Shown here: piece by piece, positions 1-8,912 of the stretch
How positions within the stretch are numbered: the first letter of the stretch is position 1
How the letters are laid out: every line of letters begins with the position of its first letter
Assembly: GCA_040222015.1 (NCBI GenBank)
Contig: JAVJWO010000122.1
Span: 1-29,522 of the forward strand
DNA length: 29,522 nucleotides
Reading direction: 5' to 3'
Origin: Coleofasciculus chthonoplastes F2-STO-03
GTDB lineage: Bacteria; Cyanobacteriota; Cyanobacteriia; Cyanobacteriales; Coleofasciculaceae
Notes under the pieces: generated by a model
Databases searched by the model: none
The model's input: the letters and a program-made list of their open reading frames with translations, nothing else
Told to the model about the DNA's origin: nothing
Program-made: the position numbers and the translations under genes

Positions 1-137
1 AACCAAGCCCCATAATAATTGTAGCGCCTCAGCTATTCAAAATTGAGAAAAACATCCAGATAACGCCCAAACCTTTTGTTATATAAAGGCTTTGAATATT
101 TCAACTAACAATTTAGCATAATAAGTACTGAAGAACC
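1..137. mobile_element. End of a probable ISL3-family insertion sequence (or derived MITE); continues beyond the window start
   Basis: On the minus strand, YhcG homology stops after LKDF and is followed by GGTTCTTCAGTACTTATTATGC. GGTTCT/GGCTCT termini are typical of ISL3 inverted repeats. No transposase is visible in the window. Confidence 0.55.
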
Positions 138-770
138 AAAATCCTTGAGTCGAGCAATCAAGTTTCGCTCCAACTCTTGCTCGTGAACCGCCTGTGTCAA
201 TCCCAAAAACTCTAAACTATACTGGCTTTTAAGGGTTTCTTCGGCTTGCTCTGCCAAATATTCTGGTAAGGTTGTCGAAAAGTTATGACTTTTGTCTTGC
301 TGGCTCACCTCATAGGCACCTGCTTTAATTTGGTTGAGTAGCACATTGCGCGTCCAACCTAAACGAGCCGTCGCTTCCAAATAATAGTGGCGAGCCGCTT
401 CATCTTTAATGCGCTGCATAATCAAAATATTATGACCCCAAGGAATTTCTGCAACAAGCTGTTTCAGAAATTCAGGTGCTTCAGCATAGGCTTCATAAAA
501 CTGCTTGATTAACCACAAATTGCGCGGTGAGAATCCAGTTATTTGAGGAAATTCAGCCTTGAGGTCAGCCGATAGCCGTTCTACGACTGCCTTGCCCCAT
601 CCTAATGCCTCCTGCCGCTCTACAATCAACTGCCCCAAAGACCAATACAAGCGAATCAGCGATCGATTAACTGCCCGCGCCGCCTCAATCCGACTTTGAA
701 CAACCTGAATTTTAATGTCCCGGAGGAAATCCTGATAGGCGCGATCAAAAGAAGGTTTAATGGTACTCAT
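105..770 (-). pseudogene. YhcG/DUF1016 family protein, N-terminal domain only; C-terminal PD-(D/E)XK nuclease domain cut off
   Basis: Motifs AVNRSLIRLYWSLG, GWGKAVVERLSADL, GFSPRNL, IPWGHN, LKSQYSLEFLGL and EQELERNLI..LKDF. The expected ..LELG.GF.. continuation is replaced by GSSVLIMLNC* from the insertion. Confidence 0.85.
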
Positions 771-848
771 AATTCATCGTCTAATACTTTGGTTCAAAAC
801 CCTGGATTACTGGCGGATACACCCATTTTCATGAATTAGGATTAAACT

Positions 849-872
849 GTAGGGGCGCACATCTGTGCGCCC
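849..872 (+). repeat. GTAG-type REP-like palindrome
   Basis: GTAG-GGGCGCAC-atct-GTGCGCCC. Confidence 0.75.
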
Positions 873-1232
873 TTTTACTACACCGATATGCACTCAATTC
901 AACCGTAATTTTAATCTCACAATAGGCAACACAATAGTAGAGTTCAATTATTAAATTAAGAGTCATTTGTAGAATCTTGATAGGCTTTGACCTTTTCGTA
1001 TAAACTAGCAACAGTTTCTTGTGTAAACAGCTTGTCTTTGCGCTTAAGATAATCCCCTTCGCCCAACTGGCAAGCGGCGACAAAACGCGCCAGTTTAGCT
1101 GGTTATAAATGAGAAATCAAGACATCTAAGCCGTCTTGTAAAGCTTGTTGGTCATTAATTACTTTGATTGTCATCTTCTATCTCCAAAATCGTTTTCTAG
1201 GGACACGTTCCCATGATACCCTGTTATTTGCT

Positions 1233-1772
1233 TTAGTTTTTCCATGTTGCATCTAGGGTGAAGTTACAAGAATTTTGGAGAATACAAACATCATTCACTT
1301 TTATTAAATTACCTGTACAGAATATAGGAATACGTTCTTGATACGCTTGAATCGCCAAAATATAATCACGTCCTCTTAATTCGGTCTGAACTTTACAGAC
1401 TTGATTGTTGACAGATCCAAAAAGTGTGATTTGTCCTCTTAATTCGGTCGCGTTTGGAGGCTGAATTTGCATCACTACTCCCTGAACCTTAACAGCATTG
1501 GCTGTTGCATTTAAGAAATGACGGGTTTCTTGACCTGTAATCCTTGCGTAAAGGACAACGGGATCGAGATCGGCTTCATTCTCCCATTGAATCGTTCCTA
1601 AATCATGATTGACTCGGACTTTAGCAAAATAGTCTGGATTTTTTAAGGGAGTAAATATACCCGTAAATTCGATTATTTGACTAATATCAACTATGCCCTC
1701 AACGCCATCATCGAATCTTAGATGGAGTTGATATCCTTCTAAAGGTTGAACATCGACAATATCTTTTAGCAT
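1233..1772 (-). CDS. DUF2442 domain protein (putative antitoxin) with an additional ~95-aa C-terminal beta-rich domain
   Basis: N-terminal ~80 aa (VQPLEGYQLHLRFDDG..GIF.PL...YFAKV......GTIQWENEADLDP..LY) fit DUF2442. Starts 3 nt after the DUF4160 stop codon. Confidence 0.85.
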   Translation of the reverse strand: MLKDIVDVQPLEGYQLHLRFDDGVEGIVDISQIIEFTGIFTPLKNPDYFAKVRVNHDLGTIQWENEADLDPVVLYARITGQETRHFLNATANAVKVQGVVMQIQPPNATELRGQITLFGSVNNQVCKVQTELRGRDYILAIQAYQERIPIFCTGNLIKVNDVCILQNSCNFTLDATWKN

Positions 1773-1775
1773 CGC

Positions 1776-2035
1776 TTACTCTAAAGGAATGATTTTGTTT
1801 AAAGGTTGGTTAGTTTGGGCGAGTTCCCAGTTCTCCATGAGTTCGGTTTGATGTAGACTTGCCCATTCAGTCACAAGTTTAGTTGCTCTTGAGGTTAGCT
1901 TTCCGGCTATAATTTCCAGCGTATTAATACTGACAAGGGCTTTTTGTTGGTTGTAGCGGACATGAAAATGTGGGGGAGGTGATCGTTATAATACATGGTA
2001 ACGATGATTCCGAAAAAACGACTGATTTCTGGCAT
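1776..2035 (-). pseudogene. DUF4160 domain protein (putative HicA-like toxin), 1-bp frameshift; absent from the ORF track
   Basis: RBS AAGAGGTG, then ATG at 2035: MPEISRFFGIIVTMYYNDH / PPHFHVRYNQQKALVSINTLEIIAGKLTSRATKLVTEWASLHQTELMENWELAQTNQPLNKIIPLE*. The span is 260 bp, one base short of 87 codons, and the frame breaks at the C-run near 1972-1979. Confidence 0.88.
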
Positions 2036-2184
2036 TAAATCACCTCTTTACTGCAAACGTCTGTCTGCCATGACTAGCCTATCACTAGGGTAGCTGCGAT
2101 GTCCCTAGGGAATTAATGGAGGTGTTGAAAGCGCGATCGCACTTTCTTATAGATACCATCGTGCCCTGCTATCAGACTGGTTAA

Positions 2185-2214
2185 GGTGCGTTACGCTTCG
2201 CTAACACACCCTAC
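2185..2214 (-). repeat. GTAG-type REP-like palindrome
   Basis: Minus strand GTAG-GGTGTGTTA-gcgaagcg-TAACGCACC. Confidence 0.7.
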
Positions 2215-2285
2215 AGATAGATACAGATAGAGCCTTTGCGTAATCCAAATCTTGAGCGGGTAACGCAACCCGTTATTATGATGTT

Positions 2286-4736
2286 ATGGGAAGAAGCAAC
2301 ACCTCTGGTCACACTACCGTTGTCGGGACTCACCCCTACCTTGAACTCAACAATCAAGGTCAAATCCAGCGCTTTTATCTCAACCAAGATACCCATACCC
2401 TAGGACGCGATCGCACTTTCTCTAACCTCCCCATCCCTCCCAGTTGGGACATTATCTCTAACCGCCACGCCATTTTACGCAAAGAGGGTGAGGACTATCG
2501 CATCTTTGATGGCGATGGTCAACGTCCCAGTACAAATGGTATTTTTATCAACAAAACCCGGATCAACACCAGCACAGGCTATCTCCTCCAAAGCGGTGTA
2601 CAACTGGAAATTGGTCAAGATCCCCGCAACTATATCCTCCTCACCTATACCAATCCCAATCGCAGCCAACTCACCGTCCAAGCCAGTAAACAGCGCCTAT
2701 CCCTCCAAGGATTACGCGAGTGGCCCGTAGAATTGGGACGCGAACCGACTCCTGGACGCTACGCCGCCATCCAACTTGACGCCCCCACTGTCTCCCGCCT
2801 ACACGCCGTTATCACTCCCTCCCCCCAAGGTGGCTACCGCTTAGAAGACCGTAGCACCAATGGCACATTCCTGAACGAAAAACCGATCAATACCACCGTT
2901 CCCCTCCAGGATGGCGATACCATCCGCATCGGACCCTTTAGCCTGCTACTACGCCAAGACACCCTGGAATTAGTGGATCGAGGCAATTTTATCCGCCTCG
3001 ACGCCCATCGCTTAGTGCGTCAGGTGAAGGATAAACAGGGGCAAACCAAAACCATCCTCAGTCACGTCTCTCTCCCGATTGAACCGGGACAATTTGTCGC
3101 CTTGGTCGGCGGAAGTGGTACGGGGAAATCCACCCTATTAAAAACCCTCTTAGGCATTGAACCCACCCAGGAAGGTGGCATCTTTCTCAATGGCGACAAC
3201 CTGCGACAGAATTTTAACCTCTATCGGTCTCAAATTGGCTATGTTCCCCAAGATGATATTGTTCATCCGGATTTAACGGTTGCTGAAGTCCTCACCTACT
3301 CCTGTCAGCTACGATTACCCCCGGATACCGATGTCAACGCGATCATTGATCGCACTCTTGACCAAGTTAAACTAGAGTTTGTCCGCAATAGTTTTGTCCG
3401 GGATTTGAGTGGGGGACAACGCAAACGGGTGAGTATCGCCGTGGAACTCTTGGCTGATCCGAAACTCTTTTTCCTGGATGAACCCACATCCGGACTTGAC
3501 CCCGGATTGGACAAAGAGATGATGCAACTCTTACGGGAACTTGCCCATCAGGGACGCACCATTGTGCTTGTCACCCATGCAACCGCCAATATCGAAGTCT
3601 GCGATCGCATTGCGTTTCTCGGTCGAGGTGGACACCTGTGCTACTTTGGTCCCCCGCAAGAGGCGATGGGCTTCTTTGAAATGCCGTCTGCTGACTTTAA
3701 ATATTTTGCCGATATCTACATCAAACTCGACCAAGGCAAAACAAAATCAGAAAATGAGCAAACTGTCAAGCATTGGACAGAGAAATTTTTGCATCATTCC
3801 GCCCCCTATCAAAGCTACATTCAAGCCTCTTTAAGTCCGGGAAAAGTCACGCCATCCCAACCCCCACCCCGTTCAGGAAGCGGAAGTTCTCCCCTGAACC
3901 AACTCTGGCTATTGAGTCAACGCTACCTAAAACTGATTCTTCGCGATCGCCTCAGTCTCGCCCTCTCCTTACTTACCGCCCCGATTGGTATTGGCTTAAT
4001 TGTCCTCACGTTACAGGGTAAAACTCCTTTAGCTGAACTCGACACCCTGGACGTAACCCAAGCGCCTCTCGCTTTACGAGTTCTATTTATCTTTACCTGT
4101 GCGGCTATTTTAGTTGGACTCTTAAGTTCAGTCCAAGAAATTGTCAAAGAATCCAGTATTTATGCTAGAGAACGATTGGTGAATTTAGGCATTTTTCCCT
4201 ATCTGGGGTCAAAATTCCTGATCCGTTCGGCTTTAGCGATTCTGCAAACTCTTTTGATTGTTCTGGTTATTTTAGTGGGGTTCCAATCGCCTACTCCGGA
4301 ATTAATTCTCTGGTCAATTGGTTTATCCTTAACTACATTTTTAACGCTAATGGCTACCTTGAGTTTAGGACTCTTGGTGTCCGCCTTCGTTACCAATGAA
4401 ACCGAGGCAAATAATAGCTTATCCTTACTCTTTCTACCCCAAATTATCTTTTCTGGCGTTCTCTTTGAACTGACTGGTTTTGCCAGTAAACTATCGTGGT
4501 TAACCATCAGTCGTTGGTCAGTGGGCGCCTATGGTACTTTAGTAGATGTCAACGCCATGATACCGGAACAAACTCCCTTACCAGGAATTGAACCACCTCC
4601 CCTTCCCTTTGAACCGACGCCCGTTTATGATCCAACTTGGGACAACCTGCGACTTAACTGGGGTATCCTTTGTTTACACACCGTTGTTTATCTGGCGATC
4701 GCGCTTTGGTTACAGAAGCGTAAGGATATTCTTTGA
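2286..4736 (+). CDS. FHA-FHA-ABC ATPase-ABC2 permease fusion transporter (Rv1747-like architecture)
   Basis: Two FHA domains (LGR..ISNRHA..STNG; LGR..VSRLHA..STNGTF), Walker A GGSGTGKST, signature LSGGQRKR, Walker B FFLDEPTSGLD and a C-terminal multi-TM domain. Confidence 0.93.
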   Translation: MGRSNTSGHTTVVGTHPYLELNNQGQIQRFYLNQDTHTLGRDRTFSNLPIPPSWDIISNRHAILRKEGEDYRIFDGDGQRPSTNGIFINKTRINTSTGYLLQSGVQLEIGQDPRNYILLTYTNPNRSQLTVQASKQRLSLQGLREWPVELGREPTPGRYAAIQLDAPTVSRLHAVITPSPQGGYRLEDRSTNGTFLNEKPINTTVPLQDGDTIRIGPFSLLLRQDTLELVDRGNFIRLDAHRLVRQVKDKQGQTKTILSHVSLPIEPGQFVALVGGSGTGKSTLLKTLLGIEPTQEGGIFLNGDNLRQNFNLYRSQIGYVPQDDIVHPDLTVAEVLTYSCQLRLPPDTDVNAIIDRTLDQVKLEFVRNSFVRDLSGGQRKRVSIAVELLADPKLFFLDEPTSGLDPGLDKEMMQLLRELAHQGRTIVLVTHATANIEVCDRIAFLGRGGHLCYFGPPQEAMGFFEMPSADFKYFADIYIKLDQGKTKSENEQTVKHWTEKFLHHSAPYQSYIQASLSPGKVTPSQPPPRSGSGSSPLNQLWLLSQRYLKLILRDRLSLALSLLTAPIGIGLIVLTLQGKTPLAELDTLDVTQAPLALRVLFIFTCAAILVGLLSSVQEIVKESSIYARERLVNLGIFPYLGSKFLIRSALAILQTLLIVLVILVGFQSPTPELILWSIGLSLTTFLTLMATLSLGLLVSAFVTNETEANNSLSLLFLPQIIFSGVLFELTGFASKLSWLTISRWSVGAYGTLVDVNAMIPEQTPLPGIEPPPLPFEPTPVYDPTWDNLRLNWGILCLHTVVYLAIALWLQKRKDIL

Positions 4737-4749
4737 TACTCTCCCTGAG

Positions 4750-4774
4750 AGGGGTTTGGAGACCAAACCCCTAC
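4750..4774 (-). repeat. GTAG-type REP hairpin between convergent genes; possible terminator or mRNA stabiliser
   Basis: AGGGGTTTGG-aga-CCAAACCCCT-AC, 14 nt after the transporter stop codon. Confidence 0.7.
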
Positions 4775-4817
4775 GTTGATAATTAATGTGATGCACCTCA
4801 ATTAATCACAGCTTGAC

Positions 4818-7400
4818 TTAAATATGAAGGGGTGGCTTGGTCACCTTCAACCCGGCTTCCGCTTGCACGTATTCCTCAATATCAATCGTGACCGGTTCAA
4901 CTTTCCAGATATCTTGACAATATTCCCGGATTGTGCGATCGGAGGAAAACTTGCCGGTGCGAGCTGTATTCAGAATCGACATACGAATCCAATTCTCTTG
5001 GTCGCGATAGGCATGACTGACGCGATCTTGGCAATCGATGTACGATTGATAGTCGGCAAATAATAGGTACTCATCTTTGTAGAGGAGTGAATCCACAATT
5101 GGCTTAAACAAGTCCGGATGCTCAGGACAGAATTCACCCGAAGCAATGCGATCAATCACTTCTTTTAATTGAGCATTACTATGGTAGTAATCCATCGGAT
5201 TGTAGCCCCGGGATTTCAAGTCATAAACCTCTTGTGCGGTTAAACCAAACAAGAAGAAGTTATCCGCTCCCACAGCTTCCCGAATCTCAATATTTGCTCC
5301 ATCCAGAGTGCCAATCGTTAGCGCTCCATTCAGGGCAAACTTCATATTGCCTGTGCCGGACGCTTCCTTACCTGCCATGGAAATTTGCTCGGAAAGATTA
5401 GCCGCCGGGTAAATCTTCTGACCCAAGGAGACAGAAAATCCTTCCATAAACACCACTTTAATCCGACCAGCCACATCGGGGTCGTTGTTGACCAATTTAG
5501 CGACTGCATTAATCAACCGGATCACCAACTTCGCCATATAATAGCCCGGAGCTGCCTTGCCTGCAAAAATGAAGGTTCGGGGCAGAATTTCGATGCCTGG
5601 ATTGCGCTTGATCCGGTTATAGAGGGTAATGATATACAAAACATCGAGTAACTGACGCTTGTATTCATGTAATCGCTTCACCTGGACATCAAACAAGGAA
5701 TTGGGATCGACTTCTACGTCATTAAACAGTAGAATATAGTCCACCAACTCTTGCTTATGCTGCTGCTTAATCGTGGCAAACCGTTGGCGAAATTCTGGAT
5801 CATCGGCAAAGGCTTCCAGTTTTTGCAAGTCTTGCAGGTGAGTCACCCAACTATCACCAATTTTTTCCGTAATCAAGTTGGAAAGTTGGGGATTACTCAG
5901 CAATAGCCAGCGACGCGGGGTAATGCCATTGGTTTTGTTATTGAATCGTTCTGGGAACATTTCATAGAAGTCGTGCAGCACTCGTTCCTTGAGTAATTCC
6001 GTATGGAGTGCGGCTACACCGTTAATGCTATGGCTACCGACACAAGCGAGGTGTGCCATGCGGACAAATTTTTCCCCACCTTCCTCAATCAAGGACATAC
6101 GTTGCAACCGTTCCCCATCTCCAGGATATTTCACTTTGACCTGTTCCAGGAAGCGGTGGTTAATTTCGTAGATAATTTCCAGATGTCGCGGTAGTAAACG
6201 CTCGAATAAGCGGACGGGCCAACGCTCTAGGGCTTCGGATAGCAGGGTATGGTTGGTATAGCCGAAGGTGTGCTTGGTGATGTACCAGGCTCGGTTCCAT
6301 CCCAATTTATATTTATCGATCAACAGCCGCATTAATTCAGCAATCCCAATTGAGGGATGGGTGTCATTGAGTTGGATAGCGACTTTTTCGTGGAACTGGT
6401 CAAAGTTCCGGTGTGTGCGGCGGTAGGTGTTGATGATGTCTTGGAGTGAACAGCTCACGAAGAAATACTGCTGTTCCAGGCGTAGTTGTTGACCTTGAGA
6501 GGTATTATCGTTGGGATACAGGACTTTGGAAATATTTTCAGAGAATATCTTGTCTGTCACCGCGCCCGAATAGTCTCCACTGTCAAATACTTGGAAGTTG
6601 AACTCTTCGGAGGCTCCGGCTCGCCACAGACGTAGACTATTGACGGTGTTGTTATGGTATCCCGGTACGGGTGTATCGTAGGGGGTTCCTAAGACTTTGC
6701 GATCGGGAATCCAACGCACTCGATACTGACCCTTCTCATCATGATACCCTTCGGTATGTCCGCCCAACTTGACCGTAACGGTTAACTCGGGACGGCGGAT
6801 TTCCCAGGGGTTGCCGAAACGCAGCCATTTATCCGGATGTTCAACTTGAGCGCCTTCTTCAATACGCTGATCGAAGATGCCAAATTCATAGCGAATTCCG
6901 TAGCCAACGGCGGGAATTTCTAAGGTGGCGAGGGAATCCAAAAAACAGGCGGCTAAACGTCCTAACCCGCCATTTCCCAGTCCGGGTTCAGGTTCGAGTG
7001 CAATTAAGTCATCCAGCTTTAATCCGGATTCTTCTAGGGCTTGACAAACTCGGTCGTACATATTCAAGTTGAGCAAGTTATTGCTTAACTGACGACCCAT
7101 TAAAAACTCTGCCGAGAGATAATAAACAGTCTTGACCTCTTTTTGCAGGTAGGTTGTCGCGGTATTAATCCACCGATGCAGCAAGCGATCGCGTACCGTA
7201 TAAGCCAGAGCCATGTAGTAATCGTAGGGGGTGGCTAAGAACTCGTTCTTGCCCTGGATATAGTACAAGTTATCGGCAAAGGCACGTTTTAGCGTCTCCA
7301 CCGTCATCCCGGTGCGATCGTCTTCCACTTTAATTTCCGGGAGGCAGACATTCGACTGGACGGGTTGATCGCTATTGGGTTCAAAAACTTGGTTATTCAT
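4818..7400 (-). CDS. glgP: Glycogen/starch/alpha-glucan phosphorylase (GT35)
   Basis: [37 protein letters not shown] and PLP-lysine motif [15 protein letters not shown]. Start placed at ATG 7400 (MNNQVF); the ORF track extends to a TTG at 7475. Confidence 0.97.
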   Translation of the reverse strand: MNNQVFEPNSDQPVQSNVCLPEIKVEDDRTGMTVETLKRAFADNLYYIQGKNEFLATPYDYYMALAYTVRDRLLHRWINTATTYLQKEVKTVYYLSAEFLMGRQLSNNLLNLNMYDRVCQALEESGLKLDDLIALEPEPGLGNGGLGRLAACFLDSLATLEIPAVGYGIRYEFGIFDQRIEEGAQVEHPDKWLRFGNPWEIRRPELTVTVKLGGHTEGYHDEKGQYRVRWIPDRKVLGTPYDTPVPGYHNNTVNSLRLWRAGASEEFNFQVFDSGDYSGAVTDKIFSENISKVLYPNDNTSQGQQLRLEQQYFFVSCSLQDIINTYRRTHRNFDQFHEKVAIQLNDTHPSIGIAELMRLLIDKYKLGWNRAWYITKHTFGYTNHTLLSEALERWPVRLFERLLPRHLEIIYEINHRFLEQVKVKYPGDGERLQRMSLIEEGGEKFVRMAHLACVGSHSINGVAALHTELLKERVLHDFYEMFPERFNNKTNGITPRRWLLLSNPQLSNLITEKIGDSWVTHLQDLQKLEAFADDPEFRQRFATIKQQHKQELVDYILLFNDVEVDPNSLFDVQVKRLHEYKRQLLDVLYIITLYNRIKRNPGIEILPRTFIFAGKAAPGYYMAKLVIRLINAVAKLVNNDPDVAGRIKVVFMEGFSVSLGQKIYPAANLSEQISMAGKEASGTGNMKFALNGALTIGTLDGANIEIREAVGADNFFLFGLTAQEVYDLKSRGYNPMDYYHSNAQLKEVIDRIASGEFCPEHPDLFKPIVDSLLYKDEYLLFADYQSYIDCQDRVSHAYRDQENWIRMSILNTARTGKFSSDRTIREYCQDIWKVEPVTIDIEEYVQAEAGLKVTKPPLHI

Positions 7401-7644
7401 AGACTGGTTTTTACTGATGACACGATTTAATATCGTTCCCCCTGCTACTCTAGTCTCTAAAATTGGCGATGCCAAGGTATCAGACGTTGGGGGTTGCTTT
7501 CGCTCTATCCGTCAGCTTAACCGCACCAGACCGCGATCCGGAACGTCTGTGTAAAAATCTGTTATGCCTTGGCGCGAAGTCGTTGATGCAGTCTTTTCCA
7601 CCTCAGGTGCGATCGCGATCGTAAACTGCTCGGTATAAACTCTC

Positions 7645-7805
7645 GTGACGTTCTCCCGACGCTGCGCTGACCTTCGGTACAGCGCGGGCTTCACTGGATC
7701 GCTCCAGCGACTACCTGCTTCCTTCGGTCTTGTCTAGGCAAAGCCCCCGACAGAACCCGTCCACAGGCGATTTCATCAGCCGTGAGACCCACGACCGAGA
7801 GGCAT
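7645..7805 (-). ncRNA. Orphan TnpB omegaRNA/reRNA-like scaffold (IS200/IS605-IS607 right-end derived); putative guide follows at 7644-7625
   Basis: Minus strand shows stacked hairpins (GTCGTG-ggtct-CACGGC; CTGGA-gcga-TCCAG; terminal CCCGCGCTGTACC-gaa-GGTCAGCGCAGCGTCGGG) ending GAGAACGTCAC. It translates to a TnpB-tail-like VVGLTADEIACGRVLSG..RKQ, with no RuvC motif upstream. Confidence 0.7.
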
Positions 7806-7927
7806 TGATACTTACCAAAACTATTTGTTAAATTTCTGGATTTTAGGCTGATTTTATATCAAAAGATACTTTATGAGGCGGATAAATTGCTATACCATTC
7901 ATTCTAGCCTATGAATCTAGCGGTCAA

Positions 7928-7970
7928 ATCATAATCACTAACTGAACTATTATTCAGTAACATTCGCTAC
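7928..7970 (-). promoter_or_regulatory. NtcA-activated promoter consensus facing the omegaRNA-like element and glgP
   Basis: GTA-N8-TAC at 7957-7970 (GTAACATTCGCTAC), then 23 nt, then minus-strand -10 TATGAT (7933-7928). Matches GTA-N8-TAC-N22/23-TAN3T. Confidence 0.6.
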
Positions 7971-7993
7971 TTATACTTCCCGGTTATGACTTT

Positions 7994-8022
7994 GTACAGA
8001 CGTTCCACCGAGGCGTCTCTAC
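7994..8022. repeat. Degenerate GTAGAGACG-type REP palindrome
   Basis: GTACAGACGTTCCACCGAGGCGTCTCTAC. Confidence 0.65.
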
Positions 8023-8100
8023 TGACTGACTCATTATGTTAGTCATTGATGGGCGGATTTGTGGTTAACAATTGTTTATTAAATTAGGAGATAACCGATT

Positions 8101-8304
8101 ATGGGTATCAAAACTTGTCTGTGTTGTGGTCATCCCCTCTTACGCCACGTAAGACGACAAGGTATTTATTGGTTTTGCACAGTTTGCCATCAGGAGATGA
8201 TTCCCCTCAAGCCCAGCCAGTCATCTATTCGTGTCGATACTCTAAAGCTTATACCAAACAGTGAGATTTTGCGATCGCGTCCCTTAGAAACCGTTCAATC
8301 TTAG
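8101..8304 (+). CDS. Small cyanobacterial Zn-ribbon-like protein (CxCC...LLRH.R...YWFCxxCxQEM)
   Basis: RBS AGGAGA upstream of the ATG. Two Cys pairs in a pattern I recognise from an uncharacterised cyanobacterial small-protein family. Confidence 0.75.
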   Translation: MGIKTCLCCGHPLLRHVRRQGIYWFCTVCHQEMIPLKPSQSSIRVDTLKLIPNSEILRSRPLETVQS

Positions 8305-8360
8305 CTTGTCTTATCTAATCAACCGCCCGGAGGTTTAAACCACTGGTTAAAAGTGGGGAA

Positions 8361-8423
8361 GGGCGGGTTTTGTTGTTCCGTTATTGGTGGGGAGCTAAAT
8401 TTAGTACCTAAACCCGCCCCTAC
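8361..8423 (-). repeat. Long-loop GTAG REP (GGGCGGGTTT...AAACCCGCCCCTAC)
   Basis: 10-bp inverted arms plus CTAC; same family as 18184-18243. Confidence 0.75.
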
Positions 8424-8435
8424 AATTGATTGACT

Positions 8436-8912
8436 TTGACACTCTCCCGGTTAAAACGCGGGAGATTCTTGAGCTAATTATTGCCATGAAAGAGTCACCT
8501 CTAATTAGGTCTTACACAATTATGTCCTACCCGAAGTCAACTAGAATATCACTTAATATCTAGAACCCCTCTTTTTGAGTAGCTCTCCAAGCTTTTACCT
8601 AAATTAATTAGGAAGTTTCCGTATGCCCTACGGTACTTATCAAGTATTTAGTTTTTACAAAAAGTGCTATTCCGACTGAGAAAATCGGCATTGTACGAAT
8701 TTTGGCTCGTTTGACATCCTAGCAAGATCAATTACACCATTTAATATTTTTCAGAAGGTTTTTATTTGTACAGAGTTATCACCGACAAACTCTGTTTCTC
8801 ATATTATTATTATACCTAAGATTAGAAAGAAAAGCAACTTTAGTTGCTAAACTAAACGCATCGCTCGGTTTCATCCCTCAGATGAATCACGAGGGAACCT
8901 GCACCATCGCTA
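8436..8912 (-). mobile_element. Non-autonomous IS200/IS605-family element: left-end hairpin, promoter, omegaRNA scaffold and right end, with no tnpA or tnpB
   Basis: Left-end hairpin CCCTCGTGATTCATCTGAGGG (8895-8875). TnpB-tail remnant STVGHTET* (about 8637-8611). Right-end hairpin CTCCCGCGTTTTAACCGGGAG (8464-8444), ending GTGTCAA at 8436. Left boundary uncertain by a few nt. Confidence 0.8.
8809..8837 (-). promoter_or_regulatory. sigma70-type promoter inside the IS605-derived element
   Basis: TTGCTT (8837-8832), 17-nt spacer, TATAAT (8814-8809), pointing toward the right end. Confidence 0.7.

Noticed and set aside
829..1083. 84-aa minus-strand ORF
   Set aside because: No recognisable domain, runs through a REP, and has a weak start.
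7512..7694. 60-aa ORF MKPALYRRSAQRRENVT...
   Set aside because: It reads through the right-end hairpin of the omegaRNA-like element into flanking DNA, and has no RBS or domain.
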